Shown here: positions 41,243 to 51,999 of the stretch, one piece after another
Position numbering within the stretch: position 1 is the first letter of the stretch
Layout: each line of letters opens with the position of its first letter
DNA from: a bacterium
Lineage (GTDB): Bacteria > UBA8248 > JACPRG01 > G963555815
Assembly (NCBI GenBank): GCA_965218795.1
Contig: OZ244653.1
Location: forward strand, 1,536,001-1,600,000
Direction of reading: 5' to 3'
DNA: 64,000 nucleotides
The notes under the pieces: generated by a model
Told to the model about the DNA's origin: nothing
The model's database searches: none
The model's input: the letters and a program-made list of their open reading frames with translations, nothing else
Program-made: the position numbers and the translations under genes

Positions 41243-42832
41243 ATGGGCAAGGTGGACGGGATCGTCATCGGCGCGGGCCACAACGGCCTCATATGCGCGG
41301 CGTACCTGGCCAAGGCGGGGCTGAGCGTGGCCGTGATCGAGCGAAACCCGGAGGTCGGAGGCGGCACCACCACCGAGGAAGTGACGCTGCCCGGCTTTCG
41401 CCACAACCTGCACTCGAACTTCTACGTCGGGTGCGCCGACGCCCCGATCTTCCGGGACCTGGACCTGGACCGTCACGGATTCTCCTTCATCCTCCCCCCG
41501 GTCCAGCGGGGGTTCGCCTTCCGGGACGAAACGTGCCTCGTGGTCCACCGCGACCCCGACCGGACCGCCGCCTCCATCGCCCGCTTCTCCGAGCGCGATG
41601 CGGAGACCTACCGCCGGCTTCACGATCAATACGCCGTCCGGATGCGACCCCTCTTGCGCTCGCTCGTCTATTCCCCGCCCCTGCCGCCGGACGAGCTCAA
41701 GAAGCGCATTCGCGGCCCGGAGGGGGAGGACCTGCTCGCCTGCTCCTCGCTCACGATGCACGAGGCGGTGGAGAAACACTTCGAGAACGAGAAGGTCCGG
41801 TGCCTCCTCAAGTTCATTATTCACTCCGCGACGGTCGAGAACGAGCCGGGGACGGGCGTGTTTTTTCCGGGCTCGGTCTCCGGTTTGCAGATGTCGGCGC
41901 TCCCGGTCGGGGGCTCCGTCCAGTTTCCCCGCGCGCTGACCCGGTGCATCGAGGCGAACGGCGGCGTGGTTCTCCGCGGGAAGACGGCCCGAAAAATCGA
42001 GCTGTCCGGGGGAGAGGCCCGGGCCGTGGTCGTGGACGACGGCGAGCGCTGGGAGGCCGACCGGTTCATCGCGAGCGCCATCGACGCCCCTCAGACCCTG
42101 AGCCTCCTGGGCGAGTCGGCTTTCCCGGAGACGGTCACCGAAAAGCTCCGCAACTGGAATTGGGGGGCCCACACGCTCTGCACCCTTCACCTCGCGCTGA
42201 ATGACCCGCCCCGGTACAGCGCGGCCTCCTTCGACCCGGACATCAACCGCGTGTTCGACGTGCACTTCGGCGCCGACAACGGACAGGAGCTCAACGAGGC
42301 CTTCGACGAGGTCCACCGGGGAGACTTTCCCGCAAGGCCCATGGGAAACGGCGCGTGCAACAGCCTGTTCGATCCCACCTACGCCCCCCAGGGCAAACAT
42401 TCGGCCTTCTGGTGGGTCTGGGCGCGCTACGACCTGAAGGAAGGGGGCGCGGAGGCCTGGGACGGGATTCGGGAGGAGGCCGCGGCGCGCCTGCTGGAGG
42501 CGTGGCGGGATTACGCCCCGAACCTCACGGATGAGAACGTCCTCAAGGCGTACGTCTACACCCCGATCGACCTCCCGAAGCGGAACCTCAACATGGTCCG
42601 GGGAAGCCAGCGGGGCGGCGGCTACTATGCGGATCAGCTCGGCGTGAATCGCCCGCATCCGCTGCTGTCGCGCTTTCACACCCCGGTACCGGGACTCTTT
42701 CTGTGCGGTTCGAGCTGCCACGGCGGCGGCATCAACGGGGGCCCCGGCTACATCGGCGCCAACGTCATTGCCGAAGCGCTCGACGTCCAGCCTTTCTGGG
42801 AGCAAATCCCGCCGCCGGAATGGAACGGGTGA
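41243..42832 (+). CDS. FAD-dependent oxidoreductase, phytoene desaturase-like (COG1233)
   Basis: VIGAGHNGLICAAYLAKAG, TLPGFRH, DPTYAPQGKH, TPVPGLFLCGSSCHGGG. Confidence 0.9.
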   Translation: MGKVDGIVIGAGHNGLICAAYLAKAGLSVAVIERNPEVGGGTTTEEVTLPGFRHNLHSNFYVGCADAPIFRDLDLDRHGFSFILPPVQRGFAFRDETCLVVHRDPDRTAASIARFSERDAETYRRLHDQYAVRMRPLLRSLVYSPPLPPDELKKRIRGPEGEDLLACSSLTMHEAVEKHFENEKVRCLLKFIIHSATVENEPGTGVFFPGSVSGLQMSALPVGGSVQFPRALTRCIEANGGVVLRGKTARKIELSGGEARAVVVDDGERWEADRFIASAIDAPQTLSLLGESAFPETVTEKLRNWNWGAHTLCTLHLALNDPPRYSAASFDPDINRVFDVHFGADNGQELNEAFDEVHRGDFPARPMGNGACNSLFDPTYAPQGKHSAFWWVWARYDLKEGGAEAWDGIREEAAARLLEAWRDYAPNLTDENVLKAYVYTPIDLPKRNLNMVRGSQRGGGYYADQLGVNRPHPLLSRFHTPVPGLFLCGSSCHGGGINGGPGYIGANVIAEALDVQPFWEQIPPPEWNG

Positions 42833-43098
42833 AGCCGGGATGTCCGTAAGGGGTTGGCCACGAGGTGGCGACTCGTTCCTTGCGACAACCGCCGCGAGCC
42901 CGGGCGGAAGCACCGGGTTCTGGTTCGTTCATCGCACCTTACCCCTCGAGCCGGTTTTGAATCCTGAAAGGGCCCGCGTTTCCTGTCTATCGGATGGGTG
43001 TAAACTGAATTTCGTTGACGCTATAAAGTCGTCACGAGTATCCTGGAGTCATTCCGCCTCACAAGAGAGCGCCAAGATCGCTCGGGGAGAGAGAGCCA

Positions 43099-44079
43099 AT
43101 GAAAAAGTTGACGGGATTCGCATTGGTGTTCGTCTTTTGGTTCATGAATTCTCCGGTCCAATCGCAGGAGAATGTTCGCTTTGTACTGGACTGGGTCATC
43201 GCGGGACGCCACACCGCCTACTACGTAGCCATGGAAAAGGGGTACTGGAAAAAGGCGGGGCTGAATATCAGGATGACCCGCGGCTTTGGCGGCGCGAGCA
43301 CGGTCAAGTCCGTGACCGGCGGCACGGCCGACGTAGGCAAGGCGGGCGCGGGTCCCGCACTGGTCGCGCGCGCCAAGGGGGCCCCCGTCAAGATCGTCAG
43401 CATTCTGTACGGCAAGGCTCCTTACATGTTCGTCTCGAAAGCGAAGGCGGGCGTGAAGAAACCCAAGGATCTCGAAGGCAAGAGCATCGGCTCCCCCGCG
43501 GGGGACGCAAATCGTTTCGTATTTCCCGCCCTCGCCGGCATTACCGGGATCAACGAACAGAAAGTGAAATGGGTGACCATGAGCCCCTCGGCCAAGACGC
43601 CCTCCCTCCTTTCGGACAAGGTGGATGTCATCGTTCACTTCGCGTTCGAGAAGGTCAAATTCAGGCAACTGGAAGCGAAACACGGCGCTTTCGACATCAT
43701 GATGTACGCGGACCACGGCTTGGACATGTACAGCATCGGCCTTCAGGCGCTGGATTCCTATATCCAAACGAAGCCGAAGGTCGTTCGGGCGTTCGTCCAG
43801 GGCGCGGTCAAGGCCTACGGATGGACGCTGAAGAACCCGAAGGAGGCCAATCGGATCTTCAGCAAGCACCAAGCGACGCTGAACAGAGAGATTGCGCTCG
43901 CCGAGCTGGATGTCGTCCGGGAGCTCGTGATGACCGAGGAAGCCAAGCAGCACTGCATCGGCTGGATCAGCGAGAAGAAGCTGGCCCGGACGCGGGACAT
44001 CCTTTTCAAGGCCCTCAAGGTAAAGGAGACCTTGGACGTCAAGGACGCCTATACGACGGAATTCCTGCCCTGCGGCTGA
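43099..44079 (+). CDS. NMT1/THI5-like ABC transporter substrate-binding protein
   Basis: Signal peptide; LDWVIAGRH, KGYWKKAGL, PKDLEGKSIG, YTTEFLP. Confidence 0.88.
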   Translation: MKKLTGFALVFVFWFMNSPVQSQENVRFVLDWVIAGRHTAYYVAMEKGYWKKAGLNIRMTRGFGGASTVKSVTGGTADVGKAGAGPALVARAKGAPVKIVSILYGKAPYMFVSKAKAGVKKPKDLEGKSIGSPAGDANRFVFPALAGITGINEQKVKWVTMSPSAKTPSLLSDKVDVIVHFAFEKVKFRQLEAKHGAFDIMMYADHGLDMYSIGLQALDSYIQTKPKVVRAFVQGAVKAYGWTLKNPKEANRIFSKHQATLNREIALAELDVVRELVMTEEAKQHCIGWISEKKLARTRDILFKALKVKETLDVKDAYTTEFLPCG

Positions 44080-44133
44080 GCGCGGGGAAAACGCAGTGAC
44101 ATGCCGCCACCGGGACAGGCTCCGCCCACGGCC

Positions 44134-44715
44134 CTAATCCGCCCCTGCCCCGACTTCGTCCTTCGTCTTGCTCCCGATGCGGTAGAGCGGCCGGCCGCTG
44201 TCCGTCACGGCCACGATCACGACGATCTCGTCCGCGCCGGGCGCGTCCGATACCGAAACCGCAACCGCGTCGAAGTGGGCAAAATCCCACTCGTTGTTCT
44301 TGTGATGGACGGGCACGTCAATCGTGGCCCCGGGCCCGCCCCGCTTGGCCGATGAGGGGATAACGGCCGCGCCCTCCCCCACCGCCCGCCGAAGCGGCTT
44401 GCCGAGTCGAGGATGCAGGATGGCCGCCGCGTGCTCCAGCTCACCGTTTTCCCCGACGATCGCCGACTTGCCGTAACTCTCGATCCGGTCCGGCTTCACG
44501 CCCAGCGCGGCCACCGCCCGTTCGCCCAACAGGCCGCCCATTTCATCTCCGATGACCAACAAGGGCTCGAGATCCTCCACAAACCTGCGGGCGCACGGGT
44601 TCTCAATCACCGCCGCGGCGATGGCCTTGCAGACGGGCGGGTTGACCTCCTTGTCCAGCTCGCGAAGCGTCTCCTCGACCGTGACGACGATCTTTCGGAT
44701 GTTGGCAGTCCCCAT
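44134..44715 (-). CDS. amino acid synthesis family protein (DUF1185)
   Basis: IRKIVVTVEE, AAAVIENP, ESYGKSAIVGENGELEHAAA, DAPGADEIV. Confidence 0.88.
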   Translation of the reverse strand: MGTANIRKIVVTVEETLRELDKEVNPPVCKAIAAAVIENPCARRFVEDLEPLLVIGDEMGGLLGERAVAALGVKPDRIESYGKSAIVGENGELEHAAAILHPRLGKPLRRAVGEGAAVIPSSAKRGGPGATIDVPVHHKNNEWDFAHFDAVAVSVSDAPGADEIVVIVAVTDSGRPLYRIGSKTKDEVGAGAD

Positions 44716-45097
44716 GTCCGATCCTCCCTTTTGACGGTTCCGGTCCCGCTGCGCGGATTCCGGCAGCGGTACAGCCCTCGCGTAATTTCCGATTTATGGG
44801 TAACCTTCCCTAATTGTTGTACCACGCCTGCGGCTTTACATTCTGCGCCTCCATGAGGCAAGCCGCCAGGGGCGCACGGCGCACCCAAAATAGATTTCGC
44901 GCTTGCGCAGATTCCTCGTGCAGGTCCAGGACCCGCCCTCGGAATGACGGTAGGCCCTGCGAAAGGACACCGGAGATTTTTCGGGAGAAAAATCCGGGCG
45001 GGACAACGCCCCGCCCCGGCAGGCCGCGCGCAGCGCGGCGAGATCGCAGAGGCACGTTGCCTCCCAAATGCCCCCCACTCATAATGGAGGGATGGAT

Positions 45098-45886
45098 ATG
45101 ACCGCCTCGGAGTCCGGCCGGCCGGGAATCCGCTGCATCGACCTCAGCGTGCCGCTCAATAACTTTTCGATGGACCGGGACGCGGCGCGCGTCTTCTCCT
45201 GGGACCACCGCGAAGGCGCACGGCGCGTGGCGAGGATGTACGACGTCGACCCGGACGCGTTGCCGGACGGCCTGGCCGCGGCGGCGGACGAGCTGACGTT
45301 GAACTCTCACTCGGGCACCCACCTGGACGCTCCCTGGCACTTCGGCCCGACTGTTGCGGGAGAGCCCTCCAAGACGATCGACGAGATCCCGCTGGAGTGG
45401 TGTTTCTCCGACGGGGTCGTGCTCGACATGACCCACAAGAAGCCATGCGAGCTGATCACCGCCGAGGACATGGAGGCGGCCGTCGAATCGATCGGGTACG
45501 AGATCAAGCCCTTCGACATCGTTTTCATCCGGACGGATACCACGAAATACTTCGAGCAGCCGGATTTCCTGATGCGCCAGCCGGGGATGGGGCGGGAGAG
45601 CACGATGTGGCTCATCGACCGGGGCGTCAAGATTGCCGGCATCGACGCCTGGAGCTTCGACCGGCCCACGGCCGAGATCATCAAGGATCTCAAGGCCGGG
45701 AACGTCGACGCCTACTGGGCCGCGCACCGCGTGGGCAGGGAGCGGGAATATTGCCACATCGAGAAGCTGGCGAACCTGGACCTGATCCCCGAGCCGTTCG
45801 GTTTCAAGGTGTCCGTGTTCCCCATCCGGATCGAGGGGGGAAGCGGCGCCTGGGTGCGGGCCGTGGCGATCATCGAGGGCGGTTAG
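45098..45886 (+). CDS. cyclase family (kynurenine formamidase-like) metal hydrolase
   Basis: HSGTHLDAPWH, GIDAWSFD, HIEKLANL, GSGAWVRAVA. Confidence 0.9.
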   Translation: MTASESGRPGIRCIDLSVPLNNFSMDRDAARVFSWDHREGARRVARMYDVDPDALPDGLAAAADELTLNSHSGTHLDAPWHFGPTVAGEPSKTIDEIPLEWCFSDGVVLDMTHKKPCELITAEDMEAAVESIGYEIKPFDIVFIRTDTTKYFEQPDFLMRQPGMGRESTMWLIDRGVKIAGIDAWSFDRPTAEIIKDLKAGNVDAYWAAHRVGREREYCHIEKLANLDLIPEPFGFKVSVFPIRIEGGSGAWVRAVAIIEGG

Positions 45887-46135
45887 CGGGCGCGGCCCGC
45901 GCTCCCTTTTCGGCGGGCCGGGACAGAGACTGTACTCAACCAAAGACATGAAATCCACAGATTACGCAGATTTCACGGTTTCATCGGAGGGGGAAATGCA
46001 AAGGGGCGGGTACGGACAGCCGCCGGCTGAAGACGCTCCCCCCAATCCGGCCCCAAGGGCCGCTAAATCGCCGCGGCACGTTGCCGCCGCTGAGGCGCGC
46101 CGCCTCTTTTCAACTCCACTTTTCGAGGAATCGGA

Positions 46136-47431
46136 ATGAAGACCCAGAAAACGACGCTGCAAAAGGTGTGGTCGAAGGTCGACCAGAAGGAGCTGGTGGA
46201 TCTCGCCATGACGCTGGTCAACTCCCACAGCCCCACCGGGAGCGAGGAGGAGGTCGCGCGTATCTGCGTCGACTGGCTCAACGAGCGCGGCATCCCCGCC
46301 TTCTACCAGGAGGTCGAGCCCGGACGCGGGAACGTCGTCGGCACCCTCAAGGGGACCGGCGGCGGACCCATGCTCATGTACAACTGCCATTTGGACACAG
46401 CCCTCTCGGGCGACCCGACGGACGTCATGTTCGCCGGAAAGCTGCGGCCCGAGTGGCTCTCGCAGGCCCGGCGAAAGGGGAACCTCATCTTCGGCAGCGG
46501 CATCTTCAACGATAAGGGCCCCTTCGCCTGCGTCCTGGCCGCGGCCCATGCCGTCAAGCGGTCCGGCGTGAAGCTCAAGGGCGACATCGTCCTCACCGGG
46601 GTGTGCGGCGAGATCGGCCGCGCGCCCGTAGACCAGTACCAGGGGGCGGCGCAGCGCGGCAAGGGCGTGGGGATGCGGTACATGCTCACCCACGGCGTCG
46701 TGGCCGATTACGCGATCGTCGCCGAGCCCTCCCGGTTCGGCATCACCACCACGCAGGCGGGGGCCACGTTCATCAAGGTGACATGCGCGGGCAGTCCCAT
46801 GTACGCGCCCTTCGTGGAGCACCCCGAGGACCTGACAAAGAGCATGAACGCCGTCGTGAAAATGAGCACCCTCGTCCCGCACATCGAGGCCTGGGCGCGG
46901 CGATATCAGCAGGAGCACACCTACGAGTTCAAGTACGGGACGCTGGTGCCGAAGGTGAATATCGGGGCGATTCAAGGGGGCGCGCCCTTCAAGCCGAACT
47001 TCTCGCCGGCCCTCTGCTCGATGTACATCGAAGCGTTCACCCCGCCGGACCTGCGGCCGCTGGACGTCCTGCGCGAGATGGAAGAGGTGATCCGCGGAAG
47101 CGGCATCGAAGCCGAAGCGGAGCTCTTTCTTTCGGTCAAAGGGTACGAATCCGAGAACGCGGACGCCCTCGTCCGGATCATGAGCGACGCGCAAAAGGCC
47201 GTCCGCGGCAGGCCGCCCAAGCAGATACAGTCTCAGCTCACGAGCACCTATGCCGATTTGACGATCCTGGCCGAGATCGGCATCCCGGCGATCAAGTGCG
47301 GGCCTGCGCCCGAGGACCCCAACCTGAAGCCCGGCACGAGCGAGGTGCAGAAAATCAGCGATCTGGTCGCCGCGACCAAGATGTACTGCGCCGCCAGTGT
47401 GGAGATCTGCAACCACCTGCCGAAGACCTGA
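46136..47431 (+). CDS. M20 family metallo-hydrolase (ArgE/DapE-like)
   Basis: SPTGSE, NCHLDT, GSGIFNDKG, GEIG, VAEPS. Confidence 0.88.
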   Translation: MKTQKTTLQKVWSKVDQKELVDLAMTLVNSHSPTGSEEEVARICVDWLNERGIPAFYQEVEPGRGNVVGTLKGTGGGPMLMYNCHLDTALSGDPTDVMFAGKLRPEWLSQARRKGNLIFGSGIFNDKGPFACVLAAAHAVKRSGVKLKGDIVLTGVCGEIGRAPVDQYQGAAQRGKGVGMRYMLTHGVVADYAIVAEPSRFGITTTQAGATFIKVTCAGSPMYAPFVEHPEDLTKSMNAVVKMSTLVPHIEAWARRYQQEHTYEFKYGTLVPKVNIGAIQGGAPFKPNFSPALCSMYIEAFTPPDLRPLDVLREMEEVIRGSGIEAEAELFLSVKGYESENADALVRIMSDAQKAVRGRPPKQIQSQLTSTYADLTILAEIGIPAIKCGPAPEDPNLKPGTSEVQKISDLVAATKMYCAASVEICNHLPKT

Positions 47432-47674
47432 GGGCTTCGGGGAAGCATGAGAATGATCGTGGGGGCGCTTTTTGAGCGCTTGCGCGCCGGGCGGGTCAAA
47501 CGATCCGCCGATTGCATGACGCGCATGCCCGGCGAGAATGAAGCATGGATCCGTCGGGTGACCGCGCGTCTTTCGGCGCGGAACGCAACCGCCTGAGACG
47601 GATGAAGCGGCCTCCGGCAATTCCGTGAGAGAATCAACGCACCGCATCAACCATACAACGGGGAGAAATGAATC

Positions 47675-48079
47675 ATGGCCAAGAAAACCATCAAGAAGCG
47701 CATCAAGAGCTCGAAGGTTTGGGAGCCGCCGCCGCGATCCTGGTCGCAGGCCCTCCAGACGAACAATCTGCTGTTCATCGCCGGCCAGGTCGGCGTGAAC
47801 GCCAAGGGAAAACTCGTCGGCAAGGGGGACGCCGAGGTCCAGGCGCGTCAGGTCTTCAAGAACATCGAGAATCTCGTCAAGGAAGCCGGCGGAACGATGG
47901 ACGACGTCGTCCAGCTCACCGTCTACGTCACCGATATCCGGCATGCCGAGAAAGTGCGCAAAGCGCGTGAGGCGTTCTTCCAGGGCGAGCCTCCGACCTC
48001 CACGCTTCTCGTCATCTCGGGGCTGGCCTCCGAAGACCTGCTCGTGGAGATCAACGCCATCGCCGTCCTGCCCGAATAA
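47675..48079 (+). CDS. Rid family protein (Arg-less)
   Basis: WSQAL, LFIAGQVG, QARQVFKNI, PPTSTLLVISGLA, LVEINAIA. Confidence 0.88.
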   Translation: MAKKTIKKRIKSSKVWEPPPRSWSQALQTNNLLFIAGQVGVNAKGKLVGKGDAEVQARQVFKNIENLVKEAGGTMDDVVQLTVYVTDIRHAEKVRKAREAFFQGEPPTSTLLVISGLASEDLLVEINAIAVLPE

Positions 48080-48514
48080 CGGGCCGGCGGTTTCGTTCCG
48101 GGCGAGTGAATGCGGACGCCCGAAAATTCAGGCGGCGGGTTGAAGCGTTCAGAGAGGGGATGAATTCCCGTTGAGGGGGCGAGCGCCGAATCGATTGATT
48201 GCAATTCGGGTTGTTGGGGAACCGGGTCGAGAGGTTTTCGGGCAATCGAAGCGCAGTTCAGAAACCCTTCAACAGCCCCCCATCATGACCGCCGGAGGCG
48301 GGACAAGGCTGTCACCACCGGTCAGGACATCCATTTCATATTTCGGGAAGCTCCCGGTCAAGAAGTCAATGGCCGGCAAAGCTGTCAGCAGACCGACCAT
48401 TGCCAGGATTCTGTCAGTCCTTCGATTTGGTCATTCCTTCATGAATCAACTCTTCAGTGTCTTACGGGAAGATTCAGTTCGATAAAGACAACACGGGAGG
48501 GATTTGCAAGAGTC

Positions 48515-48733
48515 ATGGAATACTCTGTTCATCACACCGTTCTGGGCGATTGCAAACTGTCGGATGAACATCCGAAAGGCTCGGCCGGATCGCCCGTGCT
48601 CGTCGGGCCGGACGGAAAGGCCTACGGCCCGAAAGATCCTGAGGTGCGGGCCGGCAACATTCACCCGGAAGCCTCTACGAGTTACACGCAGGACTATCTG
48701 GATTTCGTCAGAAAGTTCAACGCGCGGCTGTAA
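48515..48733 (+). CDS. small hypothetical protein
   Basis: 72-aa ORF with plausible composition (PVLVGPDGKAYGP) and upstream GGGAGG. Confidence 0.45.
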   Translation: MEYSVHHTVLGDCKLSDEHPKGSAGSPVLVGPDGKAYGPKDPEVRAGNIHPEASTSYTQDYLDFVRKFNARL

Positions 48734-48835
48734 TCGGTCAGGCGCATTCAAGGTTCCGCCGACGACAAAGCCCCATCCCGAATGAGTTTTGGAGAAAACC
48801 GGCGCTGCTGAAAGCTCCGGAACCGCAGCCCGATT

Positions 48836-49342
48836 TCAGGGGTTCAGGAGCCGCTGATAGACCGATCGATCGCTGTCGTTGAAGCAGACGAACCGCACCC
48901 GCTCCACCGGCGTCGCCTGATCCAGGCATTCCCGCACGGCGTCAACGGCAATCCGCGCGGCATCCTCGATGGGATACCGGTAGGCCCCCGTGCTGATCGA
49001 CGGAAACGCGACGGAGCGTAGACCGTTCTCCCCGGCCAGGGCCATCGAATGGAGGTAGCAGCCGCGCAGCTTTTCCGGCTCGCCGCGGGTTCCGCCGCCG
49101 TACACGGGACCCACCGTATGAATGACGTGTCTGGCGGAAAGATCGTAACCCTTCGTGATGCGGGCCTCGCCCGTGGGACATCCGCCGACCGCCTTGCACT
49201 CCTCCAGAAGCGCCGGCCCCGCGGCCCGGTGGATCGCACCGTCCACCCCGCCGCCGCCCAGAAGCGTGGTGTTCGCGGCGTTCACGATCGCGTCCACGGT
49301 TTCCTTTGTGATATCCCCCTGAACCGCCTCGATGGCCCCCAT
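48836..49342 (-). CDS. ymdB: macro domain O-acetyl-ADP-ribose deacetylase
   Basis: [55 protein letters not shown]. Confidence 0.92.
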   Translation of the reverse strand: MGAIEAVQGDITKETVDAIVNAANTTLLGGGGVDGAIHRAAGPALLEECKAVGGCPTGEARITKGYDLSARHVIHTVGPVYGGGTRGEPEKLRGCYLHSMALAGENGLRSVAFPSISTGAYRYPIEDAARIAVDAVRECLDQATPVERVRFVCFNDSDRSVYQRLLNP

Positions 49343-49688
49343 GACAGAGCTCCTTCCCCATCCCCCGCGCGGGCTTTTCGTCCGAGTTCATCCCGCACAG
49401 AACCCGCACGGAGTCAAACTGCCTGTTCGATTTCGCAGCGCTCATCGGGCGCCGCGGCCGGGCCGGACAAGGTCATTGTAAATCATTCCACCCTTCATCC
49501 CGACGAAAACGGATCAGGACCCGCCCGCCCCATGCCTCCCGAAAAACTTTCACCGCGTGAAACGGGCCGCCGGGTTTTGATCTATGAGAAAATCCTCCCG
49601 AACGATTCACGGTCAGGCCGGGGCGGGCAGGACGACATCCGTCTCATCCGTTCCGGCATTCGCCATGGAGGGATTGAGGGGAGGAATC

Positions 49689-50720
49689 ATGAGCGGGTCC
49701 ATCTTCCGGCAGGTCGACATCGGCCTGTACAGCGTTTCATCCACGAAGGACAACGTCGCCGTCGTCCGAAGGGCCGAGGAGCGCGGCTTCCGGCGCGTCT
49801 GGCTGGCCGAGAGTTTCCACGGCCGGGACCTGATCGTCCAGGCCACGGCTGCCGCGACCGCGACGGAGAACATCGAAATCGCCCTGGGCATCATGAACCC
49901 CTACAACCGGCACCCGGCGCAGATTGCCATGGCCGTCGCCGATCTCGAGGAGCTGGCAGGCCCCCGGGTGACCCTGGGTCTCGGGGCGGCGTGGTCGTCG
50001 CTCCTGATGCACGGTGTGGAGAATCCCCGTCCCATCTCCGCCCTGCGCGAGGCGGGCGAAATCTGCCGGGCGCTCCTGCGGGGAGAACGCCTGGCGTACG
50101 AAGGGAAGATTTTCCGCTTTCCCGCGCCCGGCGTGTCCATCGACTTTCCCCTGGCCCGGCGGGGTGTCCCGCTCTACTACGGCACCCTCGGACCCCGGAC
50201 CCTCCGCATGGCGTCCTCCATGGCGGACGGCATCATCTTGAGCATCTTTTGCTGTCCGGCCTTCATCCGGAGCGCCATGGAGCACGTGCGCACCGGCGCG
50301 GCCAAGGCGGGACGTTCGACCGATGAGATGGACATCGCCGACTACATCATCTTTTCCGTGGATGAGGACGGGGACGCCGCGCGCCGGGCGGTGAAGCATC
50401 TCGTGGCGCATTATGTGATGCGCGTGGCCGATACATTCCGCTACGAAGCGGCGGGGCTGGACCCGGAGCGCCTGGCCGGCATCCAAAAGGACCTCCTGGA
50501 AGCCGAGCGTCACAACCGGTTGGCCGACGCCATTGACCGCGTGCCCAACGACATCGTCGGCGCCCTGACGGTCGCCGGGTCTCCGGAGGAGTGCGTCGAA
50601 GGGCTGAAGGCATACGCCGATACGGGTCTCAAAACGCCCATCCTTTATCAGACGCTCGGCCCCGACCGGCTGAGATCGATCGACCTCATTGCGGAGCGCG
50701 TCCTCCCGGAAGTGCTCTGA
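49689..50720 (+). CDS. LLM-class flavin/F420-dependent oxidoreductase (Mer-like)
   Basis: AEERGFRRVWLAE, ATATENIEIALGIMNPYNRHPA, GPRTLRMA..MADG. Confidence 0.88.
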   Translation: MSGSIFRQVDIGLYSVSSTKDNVAVVRRAEERGFRRVWLAESFHGRDLIVQATAAATATENIEIALGIMNPYNRHPAQIAMAVADLEELAGPRVTLGLGAAWSSLLMHGVENPRPISALREAGEICRALLRGERLAYEGKIFRFPAPGVSIDFPLARRGVPLYYGTLGPRTLRMASSMADGIILSIFCCPAFIRSAMEHVRTGAAKAGRSTDEMDIADYIIFSVDEDGDAARRAVKHLVAHYVMRVADTFRYEAAGLDPERLAGIQKDLLEAERHNRLADAIDRVPNDIVGALTVAGSPEECVEGLKAYADTGLKTPILYQTLGPDRLRSIDLIAERVLPEVL

Positions 50721-50722
50721 GC

Positions 50723-51130
50723 ATGGCGTTCGATCCCGATCGATTGCCTGAGAAGCTCCTGACCGCCCTCGGGACTCCGCTGTACGCCATGTTGACGACC
50801 CTTCGGCCGGACGGGTCGCCGCACGTGGTGTGCGTCTGCATGATGTACGACCCCGAAGAACGCCTGGCGAGGGTGATCGCCCGGCGCGACTCCGTCAAGG
50901 CGGCCAACCTGCGGGCCGATCCCCGGGCGAGCCTCAGCATGCAGGACGGAGAAGGCCGCTGGGCGACGTTCGAGGGCCGCGGACGCGTCATGGAGGACCG
51001 CCCCGCGGTGGAAGAGGCGGTCCGGCGCCACCGCCGGCGCTATGGCGGCGACACCTCGGTCTCCCCGGATTTCGTCGCCATCGAGATACAGATCGAACGG
51101 GTCATCGGCGAGTGGTGGCTGACCCGGTGA
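50723..51130 (+). CDS. PPOX-class probable F420-dependent enzyme
   Basis: LTTLRPDGSPHV, KAANLRADPRASL, WATFEG. Confidence 0.85.
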   Translation: MAFDPDRLPEKLLTALGTPLYAMLTTLRPDGSPHVVCVCMMYDPEERLARVIARRDSVKAANLRADPRASLSMQDGEGRWATFEGRGRVMEDRPAVEEAVRRHRRRYGGDTSVSPDFVAIEIQIERVIGEWWLTR

Positions 51131-51216
51131 AACACGCGCCCAGGTTGGGATTCCAGTGCAGCGGATCTAAAATCATTGAGAATGGGATCAGAATGATTTG
51201 TCAATGGCCCGGAAAC

Positions 51217-51797
51217 CGCCCATGAAAAGCCCCTGCAAGGGGGTTGCAAGGGGCGTGCATGGACCGCGCTCGATGCCGGCGGCCGTCGCGAAACCGGGTG
51301 CTCCGCTTGAGTCTTCGCCGGGATGCGGTTTCCGGCGCGCCATGGCCCCACCGGCTACCAGGCAAGTTTCCGTCGTCATCGAGCGGCGAGAACGGGTTCC
51401 AGGCAACCTCCCAAAAATAATGCCCGTCGGGATCCTTGAAGTATCCAGAATGGCCGCCCCAGAAGACATCCTGCGCCGGCTTGACGATGGTCCCGCCGGC
51501 GCGTTCGGCTTCGTCAAGCACCGCGGCAGCGACGTTGCGCCGCTCCCGGCTCGCTTTGGAAACCCGGCGGCGGCGAGGGTATCAGGGGCGATGCCTGCCA
51601 GTGCGTCGCACGCAGACCTGTCTGCCTGTCTGCCGGCCAGGCAGGCAGGCGGGAATGACAAGTGGAAAATCCCCCCGAAAAATCCCCCTGAATCGCCCAT
51701 GAAAAGCCCTTGCAAGGGGGTTGCAAGGGGCGTGCATGGGCGGTTTCTGATGAGCATCGATCCGGCTTGTCCGGATTCCCGCTTTCGCGGGAATGAC
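51217..51797. repeat. partial copies of a dispersed mosaic repeat family
   Basis: CGCCCATGAAAAGCCCYTGCAAGGGGGTTGCAAGGGGCGTGCATGG at ~51217 and ~51694; CCTGTCTGCCTGTCTGCCGGCCAGGCA and GGATTCCCGCTTTCGCGGGAATGAC modules also occur at 62.45-62.75 kb. Confidence 0.85.
51363..51530 (-). pseudogene. VOC/glyoxalase family C-terminal fragment
   Basis: AGGTIVKPAQDVFWGGHSGYFKDPDGH.WEVAWNP, no N-terminus; lies between repeat copies. Confidence 0.8.
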
Positions 51798-51999
51798 GGG
51801 CGGGAACGAGTCCCCGAAGGCTCTCGTTGGAGCCCGCGCCGTATGGATTTCCACCCTTGCCCGGCAACGCGACGCCTGAACTCAGCGTCGAGCCGGTTCG
51901 GCCTCGCAGGTCGAGTTCCGCGATAGACCGCCCGTTCGCCCTCCGACCTCCGTCTCGAACGACTGTCCGCCAGGATCTGCGGGAATACAAACTGGAGCG

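Noticed and set aside
48250-48445. Possible small membrane-protein remnant on the minus strand
   Set aside because: Interrupted by stops and not assignable to any family.
48836-49342. Macro domain as part of a defence system (e.g. DarG or Thoeris)
   Set aside because: It is a canonical stand-alone YmdB-type protein with no toxin or TIR partner adjacent, about 5 kb outside the island.
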